Virus record (IMG/VR): IMGVR_UViG_3300009499_000001
Coordinates: 6,892-70,891 of that record
Length of the DNA stretch: 64,000 nucleotides
Reading direction: 5' to 3' (one strand)
Source of the DNA: a virus
The number at the start of each line of letters is the position of its first letter. Position 1 is the first letter of the stretch. Position numbers and translations under genes: made by a program. Shown one piece after another: positions 55,955 to 64,000 of the stretch. Under the pieces are notes generated by a model that was given only the letters and a program-made list of their open reading frames with translations, was not told the origin of the DNA and searched no databases.

Positions 55955-56784
55955 TAGGCTGCCCCTTGCATTGAGATTGTCCCGCCGGCCATGCGCCTAC
56001 GGGTATAGTGTGGGAACGGCCCACCCGCTGCTGCCCCCGCCATCACCGCCCCATAGAAGTAGCTCCGCCGCCGCTGTGTGATGATGCCCCAGGGGTCTTC
56101 GTGGTTCTCTTTTACCTGTTCGTCTGTCCAAGCTCCCGCGACGATGAGAGCGAAGCCAACGCGACCGGACAAATAGAGGCTTGGGCTTAAATCGCCAATG
56201 CGACCAATTGAGACTCGGTTGACTCCAGCAGGCGTTCTACTTGTGGCATTCGTGCCCTTGTTGCCACCATTCAGAAAAACCGCACGGGAGTCCGCAGCGT
56301 ATTCGATCCCACAAAGATGAGCCCAAGTATTGAGAGTAATTCTCGCCGTACTCTGCGCCGCTCCTATACCAACTCCATCCCAGGCCCTAAACTCGGCAAA
56401 CGGCGGACCATCATTGCTGAAACCAAGCCACCAGAAGTGTACACCATCTGTACTCTTGGCGATGCTGACAACAGCTTGATCTATCCAGTTGGCATTGCTT
56501 TGTGCCAATGCTGCAAGGGTAAACGGAGGAGCGGTGACTGGGGCGGCATCCCGCTCAGCATACTGGCTGGCCGCATCGTTAAACGACAGTGCAGGACCAA
56601 ATAGTGAATCAGCCCAGGTGGGGTTGTTGGCCCCTCCGGGGAAATCAAGGTCGTAGCCCGGATCGCCAACGTTTGTCAGGGCCAATCCGGCAACCCAGAA
56701 TGGCCAAAGCACGAAACGCCGACCGGCTATCAGCGGATGCCCTTTGCGGTATCCCGGACACCAGATTGACGGTTTCGGGTTCAT
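55954..56784 (-). CDS. LamG/concanavalin A-like lectin domain protein
   Basis: GPALSF...PFTLAA...LNTWAHLCG....VFLNG...VSIGR....LSGRV. Confidence 0.8.
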   Translation of the reverse strand: MNPKPSIWCPGYRKGHPLIAGRRFVLWPFWVAGLALTNVGDPGYDLDFPGGANNPTWADSLFGPALSFNDAASQYAERDAAPVTAPPFTLAALAQSNANWIDQAVVSIAKSTDGVHFWWLGFSNDGPPFAEFRAWDGVGIGAAQSTARITLNTWAHLCGIEYAADSRAVFLNGGNKGTNATSRTPAGVNRVSIGRIGDLSPSLYLSGRVGFALIVAGAWTDEQVKENHEDPWGIITQRRRSYFYGAVMAGAAAGGPFPHYTRRRMAGGTISMQGAA

Positions 56785-57200
56785 CAGCTCGCCAGGGGGA
56801 TCGTCGCCGTCCTGAACTTGACCGTCACGGCCAACTCTTGGCCGCTGTCATTCCACACGGCCAGCTTGAAGTCGCCGTAAGCTGCGGGGTCGATGGAGAA
56901 CCGCTTGTACACGTGATCGTTCTGGATCGGCGTCACGGTGAACGCCCACGCGGTCTTTTGGGCCGGTTCCTCGGAGTTGCTGGGATCGGCACTGCCCAAC
57001 ACGTACACCGTTGCGTCGCCGCTGATCGCACCGGTATTGTCCTCGTAGAAGTCGATGCCCACTTCGCATGTGGCCTTGCCGGTGAGGTCAGTCAGATCCC
57101 CCGTCTCGGTGACCCCCTGGGCCAAAGCATCCGAGGTCCAGTCCCCCGCCGCCTTCTGCATCGGCTCGTAGTTGCCCCAGTTGTAGCCTGTATCGGCCAT
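56784..57200 (-). CDS. Structural protein
   Basis: 138 aa; AAGGAGG RBS; beta-sandwich-like. Confidence 0.6.
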   Translation of the reverse strand: MADTGYNWGNYEPMQKAAGDWTSDALAQGVTETGDLTDLTGKATCEVGIDFYEDNTGAISGDATVYVLGSADPSNSEEPAQKTAWAFTVTPIQNDHVYKRFSIDPAAYGDFKLAVWNDSGQELAVTVKFRTATIPLAS

Positions 57201-57201
57201 G

Positions 57202-57492
57202 TCATGCCTCCTTCGCGTTCAGGCCTTCGGCCAGGAGGGTCTCGCAGTCAGTGACGAGATCGCCGACGCTGGTTTCCCGGTCCAGATCGTTCTGGTACAG
57301 CGCCCAGATTTCGCGGCCCCAATCCTGCAGGTTCTGTGCCTTGGTCTTGTCCGTGTCGTAGTGAGTCTGGACGGTGTAGCTCCGCTCGAGGGGTCCCGAT
57401 GGCACATCGGGATCCGTGCGCATCGCCCTGATCGTCAGCCGCTTTGCGGGGAGATCAAGAACCTCGATTGTAATGCTCCAACTTCCAGCCAT
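57202..57492 (-). CDS. Hypothetical structural protein
   Basis: Start MAGSWSITIEV with AGGAG RBS. Confidence 0.6.
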   Translation of the reverse strand: MAGSWSITIEVLDLPAKRLTIRAMRTDPDVPSGPLERSYTVQTHYDTDKTKAQNLQDWGREIWALYQNDLDRETSVGDLVTDCETLLAEGLNAKEA

Positions 57493-57611
57493 TGTCGGCT
57501 CTCCTGACATCGTCGAGCTGTGCGATGGTGCCGATGATGCCCTTGCTGTCCATAATGGACCGGAAGGAATCTCTCCCCGCCGGTCCTGAGGTATTCAGTT
57601 GTCTGAGGGTG

Positions 57612-58844
57612 TTACCGAAGCTGGGCGATCTTGATCCAGTCCACATCGAGCAAGCCGATCGTGGTGCCCTCGGAGACTGCTGCGTAGCAGATTCCCAGGC
57701 CCGTTGCGGCCGTTGGCAGTTTCGTGGTGGTCGCGTGAGCCGTCCCCACGACGCCATTGACGTAGGGCGACACGGTGGTCAGGTCCGCGACGAAGCCGAG
57801 GTTGATCCACGTGGAATCGGCCACCGTAGCCGCATCGGCCGTGATTTCCTCCACGGTCGTCTTGGCAGTGATGAACGACATCTTCAGCACGGTCGTTCCG
57901 TCGTGGCGGAACCAACCGATCTTGTCCACCGTGTCATCGACCACGCCGGCGGACAGCGCGGCGGTCATGGTGTTCGCCAGCCCGACGAAGAACTGGTCCT
58001 CAGCCCCTGCGGTGCTGACGTTGACCATCCTCACGCGCGCCTCGAACCAGATGCGCTTGCCTGCGGTCGGCGTCCAGGGCGTGTCGCGGTACATGACGCA
58101 CAGGCCGTCGTTGGCGGCAACGCTTGCCTCGGAACTCACGCGGAGGGCCCCGCCTGCCATTTCGACCTTGGCCGTCAGGCCGGACGTCACCTCGGTCTGA
58201 ATCCAGTCGGGACACTCGGTCGTCGAGGTACCGGTCATAACGGCCGAACCGTCAGCCGCATTGCCCAACCCGTGCCGCCCGTTGTAGTCCTCGAACAAAC
58301 ATGAGGCGTAGGGCGTGCCCCAAGGGCATGTGTCCCAGATGCTGTAGGACGGAATGTTGATGGTCGCTGACGGTAGCGGGCCATCAATCATCTGGTCGCG
58401 GTTGAGTCCGACCAGTTGGGCCAAAACCGTACCGTTGACGCTGCTGCGATTGATCGTCTGCGCGGCTCGGCCGATGATGGGTCCTTCGCCAAGCCCACCA
58501 GCAGCGTAGCTGGCCGGCTTGAGCGTGAGAACCGTCGTGTCGATCACGCAGTTTTCCTCGGTGTAGACCTCCGCGAAGACTCCCGTGGGCTCGACGATCT
58601 CGATGATCTTGGGACCCGTGACGCCGTTGGATTTGCTGCTGACGACGCCTGCGAAATGCTTGAGGTTCGCTGCGGCGGGCTTCTCCACGAGGCTGGCGCG
58701 GTCGAAGTCCGCCGCGCTCGCCGTGCCGGAGTCGTGGTTGAAGCACAGGCAGTAGCCTGTCACGAGGGCGTCGCTGCCCTCGTAGTACACGCGTTTGAGA
58801 TGCTGCTTCTCGCTGCCTGGCACCTGTTGCCATTGAGTAGTCAT
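57612..58844 (-). CDS. Capsid decoration/cement-like protein with ConA-like C-domain
   Basis: Directly after MCP; FAGVV...IVEP N-domain; WFEARV...FFVGL...YVNGV...LDVDWI C-domain. Confidence 0.65.
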   Translation of the reverse strand: MTTQWQQVPGSEKQHLKRVYYEGSDALVTGYCLCFNHDSGTASAADFDRASLVEKPAAANLKHFAGVVSSKSNGVTGPKIIEIVEPTGVFAEVYTEENCVIDTTVLTLKPASYAAGGLGEGPIIGRAAQTINRSSVNGTVLAQLVGLNRDQMIDGPLPSATINIPSYSIWDTCPWGTPYASCLFEDYNGRHGLGNAADGSAVMTGTSTTECPDWIQTEVTSGLTAKVEMAGGALRVSSEASVAANDGLCVMYRDTPWTPTAGKRIWFEARVRMVNVSTAGAEDQFFVGLANTMTAALSAGVVDDTVDKIGWFRHDGTTVLKMSFITAKTTVEEITADAATVADSTWINLGFVADLTTVSPYVNGVVGTAHATTTKLPTAATGLGICYAAVSEGTTIGLLDVDWIKIAQLR

Positions 58845-58946
58845 TTGTTGACTCTCCTAATCTGAGGAATCCGCGCCGGCGGGTTTGTCCCACCGGCACG
58901 GGGTTCCGATTCACTTGTCAAAGCTCTTGCTCACAACCGGCTCTCA

Positions 58947-60077
58947 CTACGCCGGGTACGAGATGTTGCCGCCGCACAGTTGGCGGTTGCTGCACATGAT
59001 GTTGAAACAGCTATCCACCCAAGTCGTGAACACGTCCGGCTGCTCCACGGTGCGCAGAGGGGAATCCTCCCTCAGCCACTTGCCGCGCTGGGCGATGGGG
59101 TAGAGGTAGTCGTGGTTGACGAAGTCCAGGGGGAAGGTGGCGTCGTCGTCGAGTTTCTCCATCCACTGGATGGGCATGCCCCACATGGTGGGTTCGCCGT
59201 TGCGGGCGATGCCGGCGCCGTAGTAATTCACGGCGTTGGCACCCAGGTTGTCGTTCTGCCGACGAGTTGCGGCGCTGTACGAGTCGATGATCGTCTCGCA
59301 CGAGTAACCGCGCATCTTGCGGAACTTGGGTTGGGCCAACTGCGAGGCCTCCAACGGAGCCCTGAAGTGGAGGCGCCGGAACATGCGCCCGATCTTCCTC
59401 AGGTCGTCCTCGGTGATCTCCCCGTCGGCGTTGGTCCAGGTGTCGTTGTACGACCGCCAACGGCTGTAGATGGCGTTCGAGGCGTCCAGGCCCATGCATG
59501 TGCTGAAGCCCGTGGGGTTCTGACCCTGGTGCTGACCGGGGTTTGTCCCCGCAGAGGCGTGCGCCGTGCGCTGAGCCGCGGTGATCGGCACGATGTAGTA
59601 CACGATGCCGCGGGGGAACTTGGTGTCCGCCTCCGTGGTGGGCAGCTCCCAGGCGCGATTCTCAACGGCGTCACAGATGGAGACCATGCAGCCGGCGCGT
59701 CGTCCATCCGCGAGCTTCTTGAGCCTGGCCTTGCCCAGGTTGCGGAGGATCTCGTCCTCCGTCATGTTGTGGTCCATCACGATGTTGCAGAACGGCATGG
59801 TGATCTTTGCCACGACGTTCCCGGTGGACCGCGTGCGGACCTCGCCCGGATGCACCCAGGAGGCAGAGCCGCCCTCGCGGTAGATCACTTCCCGTTCGAT
59901 CTGGGTACCGCCGTCGAACTCCATCCGGTCCTTGCGGAACCACTCGTCGACGACGATCCAGTTATGGCGGGGGAACAGGTACTCGTAGGTCCTGTTCTTC
60001 CAGTCGTGGGCCGACAACGTGACCTTCCAAAGGTCAAGGGTGTCGTCGGTACTCAGTGCTACACCTGTTGCAGGCAT
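58947..60077 (-). CDS. Major capsid protein
   Basis: 376 aa after scaffold; GG.QIE, EI.RN.G..RL..L, P.GI.Y, W..Y, G.PI.W...LD, N..C.NR..G patterns of podoviral MCPs. Confidence 0.8.
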   Translation of the reverse strand: MPATGVALSTDDTLDLWKVTLSAHDWKNRTYEYLFPRHNWIVVDEWFRKDRMEFDGGTQIEREVIYREGGSASWVHPGEVRTRSTGNVVAKITMPFCNIVMDHNMTEDEILRNLGKARLKKLADGRRAGCMVSICDAVENRAWELPTTEADTKFPRGIVYYIVPITAAQRTAHASAGTNPGQHQGQNPTGFSTCMGLDASNAIYSRWRSYNDTWTNADGEITEDDLRKIGRMFRRLHFRAPLEASQLAQPKFRKMRGYSCETIIDSYSAATRRQNDNLGANAVNYYGAGIARNGEPTMWGMPIQWMEKLDDDATFPLDFVNHDYLYPIAQRGKWLREDSPLRTVEQPDVFTTWVDSCFNIMCSNRQLCGGNISYPA

Positions 60078-60113
60078 TGTTTGTCACTCCCGCGCAGTGC
60101 GCGGTCGAGCGTC

Positions 60114-61364
60114 CTAGTCGTCGGGGATTTTGAAGCCCTTTTCCGCGCCCCAGTCGTCGATGGCCTTGTCGGCCTTCTCATCGGGACTGGACTTGGGCGG
60201 GATCCGGGGTCGTGACCCGGGGCGGGGGATCGCCTTGCCGCGTCTCTTGCCGACGCGCTGAACGACCTTGCGCCACACTGCGTCTCTGATCTCTTTGCCC
60301 GTGCAGATCTCAAGGGCTTCCGCAAGGGCGCGATCCTCGGGGATGTCCTCGCCGGTGACTTGGAAGGTTCCCTGAGCCTGGATCACGGCCTGCTTGCGGA
60401 TCTTGTCGCGGGCCTGGGCTTCGTCGGAGTCGGGCGCGAGGTCAGAACCCGGACCCTTACCAAATTGGGGATAGTCCGTGACCTCCTGCCCGTTGTCGTC
60501 CTTGTCCCAGAGCCCCGCGAAGAACTTGTCGACGATCTGCGCTGTCTGTTTGTCTTCATCATCCTGACGGGTGCTTTCGATGCCGTCGACGCGCTGGGTC
60601 AGCCCATCGACAGCGGCCAACCTCGCTTGCACGTCCCGGGTGGCCTTCACAAGGGTGTTCAACTTGTCTGTGAAGGCCTCGTCAGATTCCGCCGTCAGGT
60701 CGCCGTCGCTGAACTCCAGGTTCGCCAGATCGCCCCGCGACGACTCCGTGGGGGCCTCGGCGGTCTTGTCCGGGGGCGTTTGGGTACCTTCGCCCTCGGT
60801 TCCTGCTGCTGGGGGTTCTCCCTCTGCGGGCTTGGCCGCGGCCTCTTTCATCTTGGCCATGGCCTCACCCACCGCCGAATGTTGCCGGCTGATCTGGCGT
60901 CGGGCCCCTGTGAGCTGCTCAAAGAGGGCGTCACGGGCCTTGCCAGGGGCCGGGAGGTCATCCGGGGTGAGGTTGAACTGGTCCAGCAGGTCCTCTTGCT
61001 TGCCGGTCAGACCGCTCTCAGGCGGCTCAGGAGGTGCTTCGTCCGGCTTGGTGGGCCCGTCAGGCGGTTTCTCGTCTGTCTCGGTTCCTGGGCCGTCCTC
61101 ACCGCCCTTCTCGGCAGCCTGATCGGTCGTGCCGCCGCCATCTTCCCCTGTCGCGGCCGCACCGTCGTCGGTATCCGGGGGCGTCTCAGGTTCAGCGGGT
61201 GCTCCGGCATCGGCGTCCTCAACGCCCATTTCCGCCAGCTTGGCGTCAATGGCCGCATCGCCCGGTGATGCTTGGGAGTCCTGCCCTGAGTCGCTACCGG
61301 CGCCGCCGTCGGGTGCCGCGGTGTCGGGGTTCTCAACTGCTGTGTCTGTCGCTGTTTCTGGCAT
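60114..61364 (-). CDS. Capsid scaffolding protein
   Basis: Acidic low-complexity N-half, coiled coil, basic C-terminus; upstream of MCP. Confidence 0.75.
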   Translation of the reverse strand: MPETATDTAVENPDTAAPDGGAGSDSGQDSQASPGDAAIDAKLAEMGVEDADAGAPAEPETPPDTDDGAAATGEDGGGTTDQAAEKGGEDGPGTETDEKPPDGPTKPDEAPPEPPESGLTGKQEDLLDQFNLTPDDLPAPGKARDALFEQLTGARRQISRQHSAVGEAMAKMKEAAAKPAEGEPPAAGTEGEGTQTPPDKTAEAPTESSRGDLANLEFSDGDLTAESDEAFTDKLNTLVKATRDVQARLAAVDGLTQRVDGIESTRQDDEDKQTAQIVDKFFAGLWDKDDNGQEVTDYPQFGKGPGSDLAPDSDEAQARDKIRKQAVIQAQGTFQVTGEDIPEDRALAEALEICTGKEIRDAVWRKVVQRVGKRRGKAIPRPGSRPRIPPKSSPDEKADKAIDDWGAEKGFKIPDD

Positions 61365-61428
61365 CGCTGCTATCCTTTGGGATGGGCCGCGGGGGCGGTC
61401 GGCGACGCGCCGAACGCTCGTCCGCCAG

Positions 61429-61809
61429 CTACCCTTTGATCTCGTCGTTGCAGTGCAGCCCCCGGGCCTTCAGGTGCTTGAGGCGGGCTTGGCGGTCTCG
61501 GAAGATGACTTCCCCCGTTGCCGCATCCACCGTCACCCCCTCGCCGGGGGGGTACTTGTGCTCGAACTCAGGAATTTGGTCCGGGTGGATCCCTGCGGAC
61601 ATGGAGCGGATGTTGTGGGCGTCGTTCTTCCGCCTGACGGCCGTGTCCTCCCCGGTCATCTCGCGGGGGTCGACCCAGCGCCCTCTCACGAGGATCTGCC
61701 GGCCGCCCTTCGGGAGGGCTCTCTTGCCGAACAGGCGCTCGTGGCCCTTGCCGTAGGCCTCCGGGTTGCCCGGTCTGCGTGCGCTGCCTTTGCCCGCCTC
61801 TCCGTTCAT
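61429..61809 (-). CDS. Hypothetical late protein
   Basis: SMSAGIHPDQIPE...G..IF.DR..R.KHLKARG; AGGA RBS. Confidence 0.65.
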   Translation of the reverse strand: MNGEAGKGSARRPGNPEAYGKGHERLFGKRALPKGGRQILVRGRWVDPREMTGEDTAVRRKNDAHNIRSMSAGIHPDQIPEFEHKYPPGEGVTVDAATGEVIFRDRQARLKHLKARGLHCNDEIKG

Positions 61810-61832
61810 GTCCTGCTCTCGGTCAGCCCACG

Positions 61833-61869
61833 AAAAACCCCCCCCCGCCCTGCGCAGCGGGGAGGGTTT
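61833..61869 (-). terminator. Intrinsic terminator with CTGCGCAG in loop
   Basis: AAACCCTCCCCG-CTGCGCAG-GGCGGGGGGGGTTTTT. Confidence 0.6.
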
Positions 61870-61910
61870 GTTTCGTCTCCGAAATCCCGGCCGCCGCCGG
61901 GTTTCGTGGG

Positions 61911-62129
61911 CTATTTGGATTTCCGACCGCCGCCGAGTCTGCGCGCGGTCTTGGAGGTTCGCACGACCGCCCCGATGGCGTCCTGTTGCTTCTTCACCTC
62001 CGCCAGGGCCGCCTTGTGGAGCTTGCTGTCTTGCTTGATCTTCTCGGCCTCGATCAGGGTGCTGGCGGCGCTCTCAACCTTCCAGCGCCAGTCCTCCGCG
62101 CTCATCTTCGGGGTGGCTGCTTTCGCCAT
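61911..62129 (-). CDS. Small basic protein
   Basis: WKVESAASTLIEAEKIKQDSKLHKAAL; GGGAG RBS. Confidence 0.65.
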   Translation of the reverse strand: MAKAATPKMSAEDWRWKVESAASTLIEAEKIKQDSKLHKAALAEVKKQQDAIGAVVRTSKTARRLGGGRKSK

Positions 62130-62151
62130 ATCTCATCTCCCGGGCCCTGCG

Positions 62152-62191
62152 AAAAAACGCCCCTCACCGCCTACGTAGGCAAGGGGCGTTT
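62152..62191 (-). terminator. Intrinsic terminator with GCCTACGTAGGC palindrome
   Basis: AAACGCCCCT..GCCTACGTAGGC..AGGGGCGTTTTTT. Confidence 0.65.
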
Positions 62192-62298
62192 CCGGTTCAT
62201 CGAACGCATCGGCCGGCCGGCCGACTCGCAGGGCGCTGCCTGAAGCCTGTCGCCGTGGTTCACGTCATGGTCATGGCTGCTACCTCACTGCCTGCTCC

Positions 62299-62760
62299 TC
62301 ATCTGTCAGTCGACCGGCCTAACCCGTCCGTGTTCCCACCGGCCGCTCGGCGCAAGGCGTCGAGGTCGATGCCGGCACCTGCAAGCTGGATCCGCTGGTT
62401 CTGGGGCTGGACGCGATACTGCGCCAGAAGGTGTTCCTCGGCTTGCTCCCGCAGTGCTGGCCAGGCCAGATTCACCGCTTCGTCGATCATGGCGAACGCC
62501 CCCTCCACATCGGGAGCGGGGAGTTCGACCGTGAACTGGCCAGTTTGGATCTTGCCCCTGAACTTCGGGTCCTGGAACAGTTCGCCGAGGTCTATCATGC
62601 CCTTAGCGTGGCCCATGAAATCGGGCCTATCGCCGTTGATCCAGTACCTGCCGGTGATGTGGTGCCCAGCCTCGTCGTAGTACTCCCGCACCTCGAAGGC
62701 GCGCGGAGGCTGCATCGTCTCGTCGGAGGATTCGCGTTGGCCGACCTGGTCGTCGTCCAT
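62299..62760 (-). CDS. Hypothetical protein
   Basis: 153 aa; GAGG RBS. Confidence 0.6.
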   Translation of the reverse strand: MDDDQVGQRESSDETMQPPRAFEVREYYDEAGHHITGRYWINGDRPDFMGHAKGMIDLGELFQDPKFRGKIQTGQFTVELPAPDVEGAFAMIDEAVNLAWPALREQAEEHLLAQYRVQPQNQRIQLAGAGIDLDALRRAAGGNTDGLGRSTDR

Positions 62761-62828
62761 TGTCGCCTCAATTATTCCGGGCAGATGAGACGGCGGAAAC
62801 CCCCTTTTCCCGTTCGTTCACAACAGCG

Positions 62829-63008
62829 TTATTGCTCGTCCTCGACGGGTTCCCAGTGGTCGCAGACGTATCCAGGCTCAATGCTGGTGCCAACCATGCT
62901 GGGCCGTCCGCATCGGTCAATGTGACCCGAACTGTCGGTTTGATACCCGGCGAACTTGCATGTCGCGCAACACTTGATCTGCGCCGGCCGGTAGTTGGGG
63001 TCAGGCAT
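62829..63008 (-). CDS. Small four-Cys (HiPIP-like) protein, 59 aa
   Basis: MPDPNYRPAQIKCCATCKF...RC...IEPGYVCDHWE; AAGGAG RBS; not in ORF track. Confidence 0.6.
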   Translation of the reverse strand: MPDPNYRPAQIKCCATCKFAGYQTDSSGHIDRCGRPSMVGTSIEPGYVCDHWEPVEDEQ

Positions 63009-63020
63009 GTTGCTTCTCCT

Positions 63021-63452
63021 TCACAGGCTGATACCCGCCCGGAAGGCCGTGGCGCAGAGCGCCCCGAGACGGTTCCAGGCATACTGCTGCCGGGCCTCGG
63101 TGTCAGGGATCCCGATGTCCGAAGCCATCACATGGCAGCACTCATGGAACAGGACGGCCAGGGGGTCGGCGGGCTGAATCGGTTCGGCCTCATGCTGGCA
63201 ATTGCGCGGGCTGACCCAGATCTTCGCGTCCTTGTAGTTCGGGTCGGTCTCGCAGGCGCCGTAGCCGTCCCGGATGGCTTCTGGAACCCACGCCGGGGCC
63301 ACATCTTCAATGAACGTCCGGACCTGCCAGTCCACTAGGCCCATCGCCGTCTGGAACCACTCCACGCAGCGACGGGCCTGGGCGTCGGTCAGCGGCTCGA
63401 TCTGTGCCTTCTTGCCCATCTTCGCCATCCGCCTGTGCTTATCATACACCAT
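63021..63452 (-). CDS. HExxH metallopeptidase-like protein
   Basis: WFQTAMGLVDW...AKIWV...VLFHECCHV. Confidence 0.65.
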   Translation of the reverse strand: MVYDKHRRMAKMGKKAQIEPLTDAQARRCVEWFQTAMGLVDWQVRTFIEDVAPAWVPEAIRDGYGACETDPNYKDAKIWVSPRNCQHEAEPIQPADPLAVLFHECCHVMASDIGIPDTEARQQYAWNRLGALCATAFRAGISL

Positions 63453-63502
63453 CGGACGGCCTTGGCACAGGTGCGCATGTCAAGTTATGTGGCCAGCGCG
63501 GC

Positions 63503-63712
63503 TTACGCCCGACGTTTCTTGCCGACCCTGGCGAGCCGGCGGGCCGTCTTGCTCCGGGCCTTGGCCTTGTTCTTGCGGTAGTTCCTCACCGCATTGGTGG
63601 CCCAGCCGCCGGGGTCGTCGATTTCGGACTTCTCCTTCGCCCGCTTGAGCGCGGCCTTCCAGACCTCATGCTCCCGCTTTGTCAGGCTTTTGCCGTCGAT
63701 CACCTGAGGCAC
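63503..63712 (-). CDS. Small basic hypothetical protein
   Basis: REHEVWKAALKRAKE...WATNAVRNYRK; AAGGAG RBS. Confidence 0.55.
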   Translation of the reverse strand: MPQVIDGKSLTKREHEVWKAALKRAKEKSEIDDPGGWATNAVRNYRKNKAKARSKTARRLARVGKKRRA

Positions 63713-63965
63713 GCGTTTTCTCCTTCGCCGCCGGCGGGGCGGCCGGGGCTACGGGCGCGGCCGGGGCGCTCGGTGCTGGGGTGTCGTCTATTACAGGCCC
63801 GGCAACGGGTTGCGGCGCCGGCGGGGAGTCCGGCACTCCCACGCCGGCCACGCTCAACAGCTTGTTGGCGATCGCATTGGCCAGGGTCGGGTCCATCTGG
63901 TGGTCCCTATACCCGCCGTCCTCCCAACACTCCTGGGCCATCTCGAGGGCGCGGTCGCGGGTCAT
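63666..63965 (-). CDS. Hypothetical protein
   Basis: 99 aa, Pro/Ala-rich tail. Confidence 0.5.
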   Translation of the reverse strand: MTRDRALEMAQECWEDGGYRDHQMDPTLANAIANKLLSVAGVGVPDSPPAPQPVAGPVIDDTPAPSAPAAPVAPAAPPAAKEKTRASGDRRQKPDKAGA

Positions 63966-64000
63966 GGGACCACCGCCGGCACCGCCCGCGATAGCGACCA

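Larger units (their letters stand above)
1..64000. mobile_element. Temperate tailed phage genome (podovirus-like), circularly permuted/excised form
   Basis: Terminase, capsid, scaffold, integrase+att, RecT/YqaJ and replication modules are present; no host housekeeping genes anywhere in the window. Confidence 0.95.

Noticed and set aside
46248-57200. Diversity-generating retroelement targeting fibre genes
   Set aside because: No reverse transcriptase and no TR/VR pair differing at adenines seen in the window.
58925-58949. Read-through or frameshift extension of the capsid protein
   Set aside because: Gene ends in tandem TAG TGA with no slippery sequence noticed.
1-64000. Alternative genetic code / stop-codon reassignment
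   Set aside because: Genes are intact under the standard code, all three stops are used, and no suppressor tRNA was seen.

Overview
High-GC temperate phage genome in a circularly permuted, apparently non-integrated form: the tRNA-Lys-derived att core and the integrase lie inside the window, with phage genes on both sides. Almost all genes are on the minus strand. Reading right to left: small late genes, scaffold, major capsid protein, decoration/adaptor/fibre genes (short-tailed, podovirus-like; no tape-measure, sheath or tube gene seen), a 4252-aa DarB-like polyvalent protein (N6-MTase + strawberry-notch SF2 helicase + LPD38-like C-terminus), and a lysis-like membrane cassette. A plus-strand island follows (RHH-type repressor, membrane/lipoproteins, attP, tyrosine integrase). 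The long early/middle operon contains an RHH regulator, a hairpin-rich RNA with tRNA-Met, ASCH, SMC-like ATPase, YqaJ/RecT, Dam, radical SAM, C5-MTase, PAPS reductase, a 3D-domain protein, DUF5131, a RuvC-like resolvase, a replication initiator with internal iterons, tRNA-His and HNH nucleases. It ends in terminase small and partial large subunits; the portal lies outside the window. A Planctomycetota host is suggested but not proven. The most notable observations are a codon-optimised gene nested in the +1 frame inside the giant protein, a ~800-nt hairpin-array RNA with twin anti-Shine-Dalgarno loops, a recurring boxA-like motif with terminators that have palindromic loops, and a dense DNA-modification cluster. 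All product calls come from motif recognition by eye; no database searches were run.
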